IMG/VR virus record: IMGVR_UViG_3300020166_000747
Origin: a virus
Strand: one strand, 5' to 3'
DNA length: 64,000 nucleotides
Shown here: in pieces, positions 31,170-41,158 of the stretch
Numbering within the stretch: the first letter of the stretch is position 1
Layout: the number at the start of each line of letters is the position of its first letter
Translations under genes and position numbers: made by a program
The notes under the pieces: generated by a model
What the model was told of the DNA's origin: nothing
What the model saw: the letters and a program-made list of their open reading frames with translations, nothing else
Databases searched by the model: none

Positions 31170-31798
31170 AAGCCAGGAACATAACTCCATATTTTAGCAC
31201 TTCTAATTTTTATGGCGGCAAGGTATTCATCTACTTTGCCGCTATTTCTTTTTATATTAGTTTGCATTTCATCTGTAATATCATACCAACGTTTCATGTT
31301 AATTAGTTCAATGACTGAACTAGTTTCAATTTTGTCAACTCCGATATAGTAAAAATAATGCAATAGTGCATCGAACTGTGTTTGTGATAATGGTTCTCTA
31401 ACAAATTGTTCTAGAACATTACCGATGTTTCTTAGCTGTCTCTCTAATATAAGTCTTGCAGACGCAGGTGAAATAGTACCTTGTGTTATGTCGATACGTT
31501 TCGATGCAACAGTTATATAACCGTACTTTATTTCTACATCACTAATCTGATACCCGTAGCCTATTTTACCATCTGTTATTTTTAACAATGGTTCACTGTT
31601 ATTGATAATAACATCTTTGCTCATTTTAGAAAAAATCAAATCTGTGACCGGGTAAGTTACTACACGTACATGCGATAATATATACTTTGGTATATCAAAA
31701 TCGTAACCAATACCCAAGTACGTTCCATTAGGTGTTACAACATGTAGTGGTAGTTGAATATAATTTAGCAGTGAGCCTTTTTTCTTATCATATATCAT
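31166..31798 (-). CDS. Lysozyme (GH24)-like baseplate-associated protein, probably degenerate
   Basis: IGYGY and [11 protein letters not shown] resemble GH24 IGYGH and LNQNQFDALV; ATGA-coupled to the spike gene. Confidence 0.55.
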   Translation of the reverse strand: MIYDKKKGSLLNYIQLPLHVVTPNGTYLGIGYDFDIPKYILSHVRVVTYPVTDLIFSKMSKDVIINNSEPLLKITDGKIGYGYQISDVEIKYGYITVASKRIDITQGTISPASARLILERQLRNIGNVLEQFVREPLSQTQFDALLHYFYYIGVDKIETSSVIELINMKRWYDITDEMQTNIKRNSGKVDEYLAAIKIRSAKIWSYVPGF

Positions 31799-33558
31799 GC
31801 CATAATAGTCCTTAACCAACTCGGAGCGCCAGCAGCCCTACTGCCTGTCCCCCAATATCTTGCAGAAGCTACTGGTATTGTAGCACCAGGAGATATATCA
31901 ACGTGCATGCCTACTCCGTCCATATAGCCAGCTCCAGCTCCAATAGATAGTGCACCTGCACTTCTTGCTGCTTGAGCAAACTGTGCCGCTATTGTAGTGT
32001 CACGTGTCATACTTATTCTTCTTCCGCCCCTACCTTCATACAACCAAACATCTGCCGCATACCCGTGGTCATGTCTATTTGATCCAACTGTACCTGTAGT
32101 ATGATCTTGTCCTCCAGAGAAAATAACAACATGTAAGTTTGTTGCGTTTGCTGCTGATAGTAGAATTCTTTCAAGTGCTGGTACAACTTTAAGTCTACGA
32201 GTCGCACCTTGGTTTCTATATTCAAGTGAGCCACCTTCTCCATCATCGATAACATCTTCGATATCGGCTACGTCAAGTTGTTCTTCTGCACTATTCGGGT
32301 TAGGAGCAATTTCTGATGCTGTACTTCCTGGTTGTGCACCTGCGCTAGGTGGGACATTATTACGTGTCATTGGTTCATGAGATGGCAGGGATGATACAAT
32401 ACTGTCATCTAATTGTGTGCTTTCTAAATTCTGAATATCAGCATGTGATATTGTAGTCATACCTGGTGATTGTGCTGCTTGTGGTCCGTTAAGATGTAAT
32501 ATCCCACCTGTAGAAACATACATGTTACTTCTTACTTTAGTATGATTTGATCCAGCACTATCGTAGAATTGTGACCCCCCACTCTTTAAATGTATTTGAT
32601 CGGCAGTGTTTAGATGATAATCATTGCCTGCTTTTATGTGTACATTCTCTCCAGCTTCCATATTGATGTTCTTATCAGCTCGGATATTAAAGTCTTTTTC
32701 TGCTCTCATTGAGATAGAACCTTGAGCGTACGCCATTATCTCACCAGTTGCACCAATTTCTACCCAGCCGGATCCACTTGAATTAATCATATAAATTGTA
32801 TCATTAGTACCGTCTAGAATAATACTTGCACCTGAACCTGTTTGTAATCTAATTTGATTTGGGTGAACTGTGCCATCTGGCGCAACAGATCCATCATCCA
32901 TTGTTAGTGCGTTATTACCGGGCGTTTTCATTCCGAATACTTTAGAGTGTTGTGGATTTTCGTAACTTGCATCACGTTGTGGCGATGCAGTACTTTGTCC
33001 TCTAACACTATCAGCGTATATACCTTGCTGTGCTACGTTGACATTTCTATCACTATTTTCTATTTCATCTTCTGCGTTTTCATTTCTATCGCTAACAGAT
33101 GCAGGAGTTGATTTTGCTGATGGCACATCCTTGTGTACCCCTTCGCCTTGTCCTGTTCCATCTGGTTTCGCTTGTCCGGAAGCACCACCTGCAACAACAT
33201 CAGGAACTTCCTGTGCTACTGCAAACCAGTAACCTCTAGATAATTCACCATTGTCTGCAAAGAAAACCATAATAGAGACGCCAGCATCTGATGGTGCGGC
33301 GAACATCCCATAAGACCCTCCAGCATTACTACCGCCGAACGGTGCGGCATATTGAAAGTACATTGGTTCTTCAGGCGTTCCGCCCAATTTGGGAACATAT
33401 GCACTAACTCTGCCTCTACCTTCTGGGTCTGGTTCACCAGTAGTAATAGCGATAAAAATACCACTTTCAATATTCGATAGTATGGGAGATTGTCCGTGCT
33501 TACGTTCACGTCTTAAAGCTCCCGCTAAACTATTTGCATTTTGGTTACTTATTGACAT
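31795..33558 (-). CDS. gp5: Baseplate central spike, gp5/VgrG-like, with C-terminal peptidase M15-like domain
   Basis: OB-fold DPEGRGRV...SYGMF.AP; KTPG..LTMDDG; beta-helix repeats; HEP; C-terminal SNRHDHGYAAD...MHVD. Confidence 0.8.
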   Translation of the reverse strand: MSISNQNANSLAGALRRERKHGQSPILSNIESGIFIAITTGEPDPEGRGRVSAYVPKLGGTPEEPMYFQYAAPFGGSNAGGSYGMFAAPSDAGVSIMVFFADNGELSRGYWFAVAQEVPDVVAGGASGQAKPDGTGQGEGVHKDVPSAKSTPASVSDRNENAEDEIENSDRNVNVAQQGIYADSVRGQSTASPQRDASYENPQHSKVFGMKTPGNNALTMDDGSVAPDGTVHPNQIRLQTGSGASIILDGTNDTIYMINSSGSGWVEIGATGEIMAYAQGSISMRAEKDFNIRADKNINMEAGENVHIKAGNDYHLNTADQIHLKSGGSQFYDSAGSNHTKVRSNMYVSTGGILHLNGPQAAQSPGMTTISHADIQNLESTQLDDSIVSSLPSHEPMTRNNVPPSAGAQPGSTASEIAPNPNSAEEQLDVADIEDVIDDGEGGSLEYRNQGATRRLKVVPALERILLSAANATNLHVVIFSGGQDHTTGTVGSNRHDHGYAADVWLYEGRGGRRISMTRDTTIAAQFAQAARSAGALSIGAGAGYMDGVGMHVDISPGATIPVASARYWGTGSRAAGAPSWLRTIMA

Positions 33559-33560
33559 TA

Positions 33561-36500
33561 TTAATATTCCTCATTACGCTTTTCTTCTAGTTGTTTCTGT
33601 ACTTCTGCTAATTTTTCTTCATCTTCTTTACGTGCCGCAGATGTCCAATACCAACTATCTAGGTCACCTTGAATTTCAGCTTCTTGTTCTTCCAATTCAA
33701 CAATTTGTCTATCACGTCTTTGTTCTTTGAACTGTACATTCTGTTCACCACGTTCTCCAGTGGTCGCTGCTTCGACCATACCATTGACACCGCGTTCTAA
33801 CTCTTTGACTTCTCGGTATTCTTGTTCTGTCATTTTACTTAGTGGTGTAGCTTGTAGCTTTTGTTTAAGTTCACTCTGTATACGTTGTGCTTTTTCATAT
33901 TCAATAGGAGTCAGTGTATCTTTTGGTATTTCTGAATTCACGCTTCTAAACCCAGTACTAGTGCTATCAGACGTAACACGCAATCTTGAACCTCTAGACG
34001 TATACGGATTGTTGTCTCCTGATATATCAATCATATCAGCCGAGACAGTACCATCTGATGGGTTCTCTACAATTCCATTCGTACCAACATAAAACGATGC
34101 CGCATCATCATCTACTTTTTGGGTGTACGCATCTACCTCAGCTTGTGTTATACCATCAATATCATCTGCATTAAATGTTTCATGTCCATTGGCTTTCATA
34201 CTTTCCTGTATGATAGAAATACCTTCTGGTGTTACTTCTATGCCACTTTCATTTATGTCGTTAACTATTTGCGCATTATCGTATGGAGGTTCGCCTGCAA
34301 TATTCTGAACAATCATTTTATCTATAGTATTATTAACAGATTGCAATTCAATACACGAAGACTCATTTCCCTGCGCACAATAATATTCAACTTGACTTTT
34401 TGTTTTATTAAATTGTTCTGCTTGTTCTGCTGTTGGTATACCGTCATTTTCAAGTAAATTATTAGTAAGAGAACGTAGTGAAGAATTTGCATTTGGTGCA
34501 CCATCAGGGTCTAATAACAAACCTACATTACCGTCGGGATCTATCACTGCGGTCGAACCTGCACCTATAGGTAACTCGTTAGGGTTGGGTAGTTCTGCTC
34601 TTGGAACAACGACTGGCGCAGTAACTGGCGATGGCGTTTGCTCTCTGCCTCTAGGATCAGCAGCATCCGGATCGTATACTATTTGTCCCATGACAGTTTC
34701 TTCATCTAAATCAACAGATGATGTACTAAAGAATGGGTTGACTGGTAGGAAACTATCTGGAACAGGTATTCTAATCATATCAAGCTGCTGAACAAACTGT
34801 CCATTACTAAACGAACTTGTTACATTTCTAACTGCATATAACATTGTTACTAGATTTGCTATCTTTGTGTTGTCATTTTCATCTACGCCTGCCGCTTTGT
34901 TACTTACAATAGTAACATAGTTCGCTCCATTAATAGATGTTGGATGACTACGATATGTATCGATAGCATTACTGTTACCAAATAATTCTTTTGCAGTCTT
35001 AGGTGTCAAGTATGTATCAATCCAATACGGGTCACCTTTGATAGTTAACTTTAGCTGTTCCATACTGATGTCCATATTTACAGCCTCGTAAAACTTTTCT
35101 TTTGCTAGGTCAACTTCTTTCTCATTAGACGAAGTATAAATTCTTATATTATTCTTTTCTGTCAGATAAGGCAAAACGCCACGTTTGAATATCACTGGGT
35201 TAACCAATAATGCTTCTACAATATCTTCTAACTGTTGAGTAGTTAAAGTTGATATTAAATCATCATCTAATTCTTCCATAATAATTTGATTACTATTACT
35301 TAACTGTCCGGCGATACCAGAGAAGTTTTCAGATATATCACTCACTTGTGAATTCGTGTATGCTGAAAAATTAGCACCAAGTGCTTGCATCGTAACTTCG
35401 TCAACTTGTCTTTCAATATTACGCAGTGAAGTATCTACTCTGTTAACTCCAGTTTCCGCAGAGTTATAGCGTTCCAATAACTTATTATATTTTTCACGTT
35501 CTTCGCTTGTTGTATTCAGAACGTCAGGGTCATACTGTTGCGCCGCTTGTAATTGTGCTTGCAACGGTTTATCACGTAATGCGGCAGCAGTTTGTCTAGC
35601 AATTTCTGGAGGGACTCCTTGTGCAAGTAATGCATCTCTCTGACCAATAACTATTGCGTTAGTTAATTCTTCGCTAGAATTTTCTACTTGTGAACGAATA
35701 GAATCTAAATTCTCATTTGCTGATGTTCGGTCGCCCTCTAGTACAGACAATTGCGATTGTAGTTCTTCTAATTTTGCTCTTGCACGAGGATTTAAATCTT
35801 GTATAATTTGTTCGTTACCTTCAATGAAGCGTTGTGCAAATGCGTCATCTTTTGGTAAGTTATATGCTTTAATCAGTTGTCGATTTAAACTAATATTCAA
35901 ATCTAAGATTTGGTCATTAAGTCCAGTATACTGGTAATAATATATCTTCTTACATTGTTGTCTATCAAAAATCTCTTTTACCATTTTAGCAGCGTTTGTT
36001 ATCTTGTTTGCATTATCATAATTGTTCTGTACTACAATTTGATTCTTAGTTGTAATGAAATATTTTACATTATGTCCAGCTTCCCCACTTAGTGGATTCA
36101 ATCCGTTTGGTTTAGGAGAAGCATCTGGTAAAATTGAAACTGTTTTAGTAAACGTATCTTTTTCAGTAGTAAGTTCAGTTCTGATATCAATAGATTGAAT
36201 GCATATGTCGTATAACACATCTATAACACTTAATCCGGGAGTTATAACTCCAGTTTGTTGTGATATATTAACAGAACCAGTTCTAGTAGCAACTTGATTT
36301 CTTGCTGCGCCGCCGACATTAGGGTCGTCTCCATTCATTTTAGACTCGCCAAATTCAGTCATAAAGTCATTATCAAATTCAAATTCGTATGTGTGAATAT
36401 ACTGATTCTCGGCGGCATTGTCTGTACTGAAATCATTCTTTTGTATATTTTCATTTAACTTTGAAAAGAATTCTTCTATCGTTTCTTTTAGTGTTTCTTT

Positions 36501-37682
36501 AATATCAAACTCAAAATTATGTTGAATAAGGTTAACACTACGACTAACTGCATAGTCTGGCGTAATAGTACCGTCGATTGTAGTAATAGTTCCTCTAGCA
36601 TCTGTACTAGATGGAACATCGCCTACATTTGAAATAACGAATGGGAAAACTTTAGTTAGATTTTGATTTTCACTTCTGATAGTGACACCATCATCACTGT
36701 AACCTTTAAAGTTTACCTTTAAGAAATACTTTGCCTCTGCGATACTTGCGTAACCTGAAAGTAGTGCGGCATTCATAAGATTATCATTTAAACTTGTGTT
36801 ACCAACTTGAACAATAGAGAATGATAATTTTGTTGCAGTACCAGCTAGTCTAGACACACTACTCGAACCTGCACCCAAAGATTGTATTTCTAAATCTTGA
36901 ATATTAAATTCTGTTGTTACACCTGTTTCTGCAATAGTAATATACTGAATATCACTACCTGGCCAACTGTTTGAAATAATAGAATCCAAATCTTGCGCTT
37001 CATTCATTAAAAACTCAACTGCATCCTGTTGCTTAACAACAAACAATTCTAAGTGATAGGTATAGTTTTGATATTCATCAAGTGCGTTTTCCCACCACTC
37101 TCCTGCATTTTCCATTTGAGTTACAATATCACTTAGACTTCCTGCTACGTTAAAATTTGTCCCTGGTTCTGCATTTGGCAAAGGAGCATCACTTCCACCA
37201 GTACCAGACGTTGATCCTGGGCCACTGTATTGTGGTGGGGGAGCAGTAGGGGTCGCTGGAGCTTCACCGCCAGTGAATATCGCATATTCTGCGTTTCGTC
37301 TGTCTACTAGACCTGGAACAGTCTGTCCACTAGCTTTGTTATATAATAACATAGCTTGAGCGACTTCTTCTTTTGATCTAGTGCCATTTGCTGTTACTTG
37401 GGCAAGACTACCGATGTTATATGCAAAACTAGTCATTGCTTGACGTTCAGCTGGTGTCCAATTATAAGTACTGTCGTACTTGTCAACACTCGCTTCATAT
37501 TTACCAAGTTGTTGCTGTAACTTAGTTCTTGCTTCACTACGTGATACTGTGATATTAGGTGGGTTATTTCTATCTCTACTGCCAGCATATGACCCATAAC
37601 CAATAGACCATTGTCCGTGGTCCCAGTATGGGGTAGCACTGTATCCTTCATATTGTGCAATTAAATCAACAGTGTTTGTCAT
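33561..37682 (-). CDS. Baseplate hub-like protein with N-terminal GH24 lysozyme domain
   Basis: LIAQYEG...PYWD..QWSIGYG, SFAYNIG, GLVDRRNAE; hub-like N.LD.Y..YTY, YYYQYTG.N..ILD, LTIKGDPYW, F..GQFVQ.L. Confidence 0.75.
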   Translation of the reverse strand: MTNTVDLIAQYEGYSATPYWDHGQWSIGYGSYAGSRDRNNPPNITVSRSEARTKLQQQLGKYEASVDKYDSTYNWTPAERQAMTSFAYNIGSLAQVTANGTRSKEEVAQAMLLYNKASGQTVPGLVDRRNAEYAIFTGGEAPATPTAPPPQYSGPGSTSGTGGSDAPLPNAEPGTNFNVAGSLSDIVTQMENAGEWWENALDEYQNYTYHLELFVVKQQDAVEFLMNEAQDLDSIISNSWPGSDIQYITIAETGVTTEFNIQDLEIQSLGAGSSSVSRLAGTATKLSFSIVQVGNTSLNDNLMNAALLSGYASIAEAKYFLKVNFKGYSDDGVTIRSENQNLTKVFPFVISNVGDVPSSTDARGTITTIDGTITPDYAVSRSVNLIQHNFEFDIKETLKETIEEFFSKLNENIQKNDFSTDNAAENQYIHTYEFEFDNDFMTEFGESKMNGDDPNVGGAARNQVATRTGSVNISQQTGVITPGLSVIDVLYDICIQSIDIRTELTTEKDTFTKTVSILPDASPKPNGLNPLSGEAGHNVKYFITTKNQIVVQNNYDNANKITNAAKMVKEIFDRQQCKKIYYYQYTGLNDQILDLNISLNRQLIKAYNLPKDDAFAQRFIEGNEQIIQDLNPRARAKLEELQSQLSVLEGDRTSANENLDSIRSQVENSSEELTNAIVIGQRDALLAQGVPPEIARQTAAALRDKPLQAQLQAAQQYDPDVLNTTSEEREKYNKLLERYNSAETGVNRVDTSLRNIERQVDEVTMQALGANFSAYTNSQVSDISENFSGIAGQLSNSNQIIMEELDDDLISTLTTQQLEDIVEALLVNPVIFKRGVLPYLTEKNNIRIYTSSNEKEVDLAKEKFYEAVNMDISMEQLKLTIKGDPYWIDTYLTPKTAKELFGNSNAIDTYRSHPTSINGANYVTIVSNKAAGVDENDNTKIANLVTMLYAVRNVTSSFSNGQFVQQLDMIRIPVPDSFLPVNPFFSTSSVDLDEETVMGQIVYDPDAADPRGREQTPSPVTAPVVVPRAELPNPNELPIGAGSTAVIDPDGNVGLLLDPDGAPNANSSLRSLTNNLLENDGIPTAEQAEQFNKTKSQVEYYCAQGNESSCIELQSVNNTIDKMIVQNIAGEPPYDNAQIVNDINESGIEVTPEGISIIQESMKANGHETFNADDIDGITQAEVDAYTQKVDDDAASFYVGTNGIVENPSDGTVSADMIDISGDNNPYTSRGSRLRVTSDSTSTGFRSVNSEIPKDTLTPIEYEKAQRIQSELKQKLQATPLSKMTEQEYREVKELERGVNGMVEAATTGERGEQNVQFKEQRRDRQIVELEEQEAEIQGDLDSWYWTSAARKEDEEKLAEVQKQLEEKRNEEY

Positions 37683-37683
37683 T

Positions 37684-37974
37684 TTATCTCATCTTATCTA
37701 TGTTTGTTCTACTTGGAACATATATCTTTTTTCCAGCAGTAAAGTCATCAATAGGATCAATGATATCATCTGGGTTACGTTGTGCAAATATCCACCAATA
37801 CTTAGCAGTGCCATACTTTTCAAAACTGAATAAGTCAGGACGTTTATCAAACTGTTGTGGAATAGAAACGTATTCGTCAAGAGGATCTCTAAACAAGTTA
37901 CGCTTTGTCTGAATATCAAGTACTTTACCATATAGTATACTTGTCTTGCTCCAAGGCGAATGTGACTTATACAT
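37684..37974 (-). CDS. gp53: Baseplate wedge protein, gp53-like (LysM-like)
   Basis: RPDLFSFEKYGTAKYWWIFAQRN...DPI.DF..G..I.VP. Confidence 0.8.
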   Translation of the reverse strand: MYKSHSPWSKTSILYGKVLDIQTKRNLFRDPLDEYVSIPQQFDKRPDLFSFEKYGTAKYWWIFAQRNPDDIIDPIDDFTAGKKIYVPSRTNIDKMR

Positions 37975-38536
37975 AACCGCTGCTCCTTAATCCACCACTC
38001 AAATAACTTCCAATTGTAAAGTTTTCTCTTACGTTCTTCGGAGAGTATGTAGTTGTCATACTCAAAACAAAAGTACTTGTTACTGGTAGTCTAAAATCGT
38101 CTACTTCAATGTAATCAACATCTGCATCTAGGTTGTATGTAAAATCTCTGATAAGTACTGGTACATTCTTGTAAACACCGTGCGCTGTAAATCGCAGAAC
38201 AGGCGGCGGGAGTCCTTTATCAGGATCGTTTTTACCAAAGTTCATTTTCATTGCACCACGAAAGTATTGCATCCCAGCTAGTATATGTCGTGCCTGTTCT
38301 TCATTCTCAATTACAATCGGTGCCGCAAGTGTAAGTTCTGTATTAGCAGACATTTCAAACGCACGTTGCTGAAAGTTCGAATGTGCAGGATCGTAAGAAC
38401 TATAGTTAGCACTTGAAATACTTGTTACAGTCGGAGTGTATGGGAAGTTAAAGGTAGTCATACCTGAGCTACCAAGTCTCCCACTCGGATCTGTGATAAA
38501 AACATTCTGTGTAGATGCATATGGATTAGACATCAT
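37967..38536 (-). CDS. Baseplate/tail-tube initiator-like protein (gp48/gp54-type)
   Basis: FPYTP, G.PPPVLRF, VPV.I.DF.Y.L..DVDY; first gene of the hub operon. Confidence 0.6.
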   Translation of the reverse strand: MMSNPYASTQNVFITDPSGRLGSSGMTTFNFPYTPTVTSISSANYSSYDPAHSNFQQRAFEMSANTELTLAAPIVIENEEQARHILAGMQYFRGAMKMNFGKNDPDKGLPPPVLRFTAHGVYKNVPVLIRDFTYNLDADVDYIEVDDFRLPVTSTFVLSMTTTYSPKNVRENFTIGSYLSGGLRSSGYV

Positions 38537-38559
38537 AATCTCCTAGATATTGTTATCAG

Positions 38560-38567
38560 TATTTATC
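38560..38567 (-). promoter_or_regulatory. Late promoter GATAAATA for the hub/spike operon
   Basis: TAAATA core about 25 nt upstream of the start codon and its AGGAG RBS. Confidence 0.65.
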
Positions 38568-38585
38568 GTTGAATAATATACGCAC

Positions 38586-38621
38586 TTAACACTTGACAAT
38601 GCATCACTTAGGATGTATAAT
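38586..38621 (+). promoter_or_regulatory. sigma70-type promoter for gp55-gp47-SDR-gp46
   Basis: TTAACAC-TTGACA (38593-38598), N17, TATAAT (38616-38621): perfect consensus. Confidence 0.85.
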
Positions 38622-38648
38622 ATTAATAATATTTAGGAGAATACCATA

Positions 38649-39545
38649 ATGGCTCGTAGAGTACAAAAATATTTAAACAATAAAGATATGCTGAAACAGA
38701 TACATATCTCTAAATCAAATTTCTCGTGGTTTGAAGACCGTGATAAACATCATCAGTTTGATGTTATCATTGATAACGTTGCAGGTGAATTGGATGTTGC
38801 CGCTGAAATCCGTGAACTGGAAGCAGTAGCACGTGAAAATCGTGCAAATCGCATTCAAAAAGAAGCATGGGATTTAAATACAGACACGAAGATGAAGCAA
38901 GCTAACTTCGCTGTAGACCATGATTCATTTGCACAAGACGAACTTGTATTTCGTGTTATGACGTTTGAACATATTCCAGATGAACCTGGACGTAAAGCAA
39001 ACCCAAAGACAGTAGCAGATCATAAAGTAAAACTTCCGTTCCCACCATTCAAACATTATGTAATTGATGGCAATGATATTCGTGAAGTTGGCATCTCACA
39101 CTTTAATAAAAAAACTAAAGAGTTTGATATCATTACTGGTCGTGTAACAGCAACACTTGCTAACATGTACATCAAACTAGTAGAACGTTATTCACAACGT
39201 GCCAACTGGCGTGGTTACACATACATTGATGAAATGCGTGGACAAGCATTGCTACAGTTGACACAGATTGGTCTACAGTTTAATGAAGCTAAGTCAGATA
39301 ATCCGTTTGCATATTATACTGCGGCAGTTAATAACTCATTTACTAGAGTACTAAACATTGAAAAGAAAAATCAAGGTATCCGTGATGACTTGTTAGAAAA
39401 TAGCGGACAAGCTCCATCGTGGACACGTCAACTTGAACATGAAATGAAATCGAGTGAGCGTTGGCAGAGAGTCATTAAGACTAAAATTACAGACGCTTCT
39501 ATCCCAACTGAAACAATCAAAGAGATTTATGCAGACGATGACTAA
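38649..39545 (+). CDS. gp55: RNA polymerase sigma factor for late transcription, gp55-like
   Basis: YLNNKDML, NWRGYTYIDEM, FNEAKSDNPFAYYT...NSF.R.L..EKK; upstream of gp47/gp46 as in T4-like phages. Confidence 0.85.
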   Translation: MARRVQKYLNNKDMLKQIHISKSNFSWFEDRDKHHQFDVIIDNVAGELDVAAEIRELEAVARENRANRIQKEAWDLNTDTKMKQANFAVDHDSFAQDELVFRVMTFEHIPDEPGRKANPKTVADHKVKLPFPPFKHYVIDGNDIREVGISHFNKKTKEFDIITGRVTATLANMYIKLVERYSQRANWRGYTYIDEMRGQALLQLTQIGLQFNEAKSDNPFAYYTAAVNNSFTRVLNIEKKNQGIRDDLLENSGQAPSWTRQLEHEMKSSERWQRVIKTKITDASIPTETIKEIYADDD

Positions 39546-40548
39546 TCTATTCAACAAACTTGCGTTCTTTACAGACATACATTACGGTATGAGAAACAAT
39601 GCACGACTTCACAATGAAGACTGTAGTGCATTTGTGGACTGGTTCATCGAACAAGCTAAAGCTAAAGGATGCGAAACATGTATCTTTGGCGGTGATTGGC
39701 ACCATAATCGTGCAAGTTTGAATATTTCTACTATGAAATATAGTCTTGAAGGTCTACGTAAACTAAGCAAAGCATTTGACAAAGTGTACATGATTAAGGG
39801 AAATCACGATTTGTTTTATCGTGAAAGCCGAGAAATCAGTAGTATAGAATTTGCTAAAGAATTTGACAACATCATACTTGTAGAAGATACAATGATTGAA
39901 GGTGATGTTGCACTTGTCAGTTGGCTAGTAGGCGATGAATGGAAGAAGGTTCCAAAGATTAAATCAAAATACATGTTTGGTCATTATGAACTTCCAACAT
40001 TTAAGCTGAATGCTATGGTGGAAATGCCAGACCACGGTGGACTTAAAATGAATATGTTTAAGAACCAAGACTATGTGTTCACTGGACACTTTCATACTAG
40101 ACAAGTTAAAGGAAACGTTATCTACACAGGTAACGCATTCCCACACAACTTTTCAGATGCGTGGGACGATGAACGAGGCTGGATGTATCTAGAGTGGGAC
40201 AAAGAACCTGAATTCTTTGCTTGGCCAGATGCTCCTAAATATAAAACTATCCGTCTATCTCAGTTGCTAGATGATCCAGCCAAGTTCTTACTTCCAAAAA
40301 CAACAGCGAAGATTTCACTAGATATTGATATCTCATATGAAGAAGCAAACTTCATAAAAGATACATTCATTGAAACATATGATTTACGAGATTTAACTCT
40401 CGTTCCTGTTAAGAATGATGAACATACCGAAGACGTTGGTGCTGAAATTCACTTTGAAACAATAGATCAAATTGTTGTTGCACAGTTATCAGCACTAGAC
40501 GGAACGTATGATAGAAACGTATTGATTGAAATATACAACAACCTTTAA
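39538..40548 (+). CDS. gp47: Recombination endonuclease, gp47/SbcD/Mre11 family
   Basis: DIH, GDWHH, GNHD, GHFH metallophosphoesterase motifs; start at 39538 (alternative 39529). Confidence 0.9.
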   Translation: MTNLFNKLAFFTDIHYGMRNNARLHNEDCSAFVDWFIEQAKAKGCETCIFGGDWHHNRASLNISTMKYSLEGLRKLSKAFDKVYMIKGNHDLFYRESREISSIEFAKEFDNIILVEDTMIEGDVALVSWLVGDEWKKVPKIKSKYMFGHYELPTFKLNAMVEMPDHGGLKMNMFKNQDYVFTGHFHTRQVKGNVIYTGNAFPHNFSDAWDDERGWMYLEWDKEPEFFAWPDAPKYKTIRLSQLLDDPAKFLLPKTTAKISLDIDISYEEANFIKDTFIETYDLRDLTLVPVKNDEHTEDVGAEIHFETIDQIVVAQLSALDGTYDRNVLIEIYNNL

Positions 40549-40559
40549 AAGAGATTATT

Positions 40560-41153
40560 ATGAAGAAAATTTTGATTACCGGTAACAGAGATTACGGTCT
40601 TTGTCAAGCCATATGCAACATGTTTGATGACAATGGTTATGTGTACGAATGTGCAAGTCGCGCAACAGGGTGGAGTTTAGATAAGAATGAAGATCAGGTA
40701 CGACTTGCAAATCACTACGTAATGAATAATTTTAATGTATTCATTAATAACTCTGCTATGTGGAAATTTCACCAAATCATGATTGCTGAACAAATGTACA
40801 ATGCTGCAAATTTAGCACAAGTTAAATCACAGTTCATTCATATGGGATCAACTGCTGATACAGGTGTACGTGGTAGGACTTGGAGATACCCAACCGAAAA
40901 GAAAGCGTTACGTGATTACAACCGCGATTTGACTTATATGACAATGGGCGGATCTAATATAAAAACTACACTGTTATCGCCGGGTAGTTTAACAACGCCG
41001 AGTGTGATGAAAAAGCACCCGGACCGGGCTTTAATCGATGTTGAATACATCGCAGAGATAATTTTATGGTTGCTTAATCAACCAGAATATGTTAATATTA
41101 ATGAAATTAGTTTAGATCCAGTACAGTCTGGAGCTTATGCAAGAGAGAGGTAA
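40560..41153 (+). CDS. Short-chain dehydrogenase/reductase-like protein
   Basis: ILITGNRDYGL (Rossmann variant), INNSA, MGS, YPTEK (YxxxK), SPG. Confidence 0.75.
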   Translation: MKKILITGNRDYGLCQAICNMFDDNGYVYECASRATGWSLDKNEDQVRLANHYVMNNFNVFINNSAMWKFHQIMIAEQMYNAANLAQVKSQFIHMGSTADTGVRGRTWRYPTEKKALRDYNRDLTYMTMGGSNIKTTLLSPGSLTTPSVMKKHPDRALIDVEYIAEIILWLLNQPEYVNINEISLDPVQSGAYARER

Positions 41154-41158
41154 GTTGG

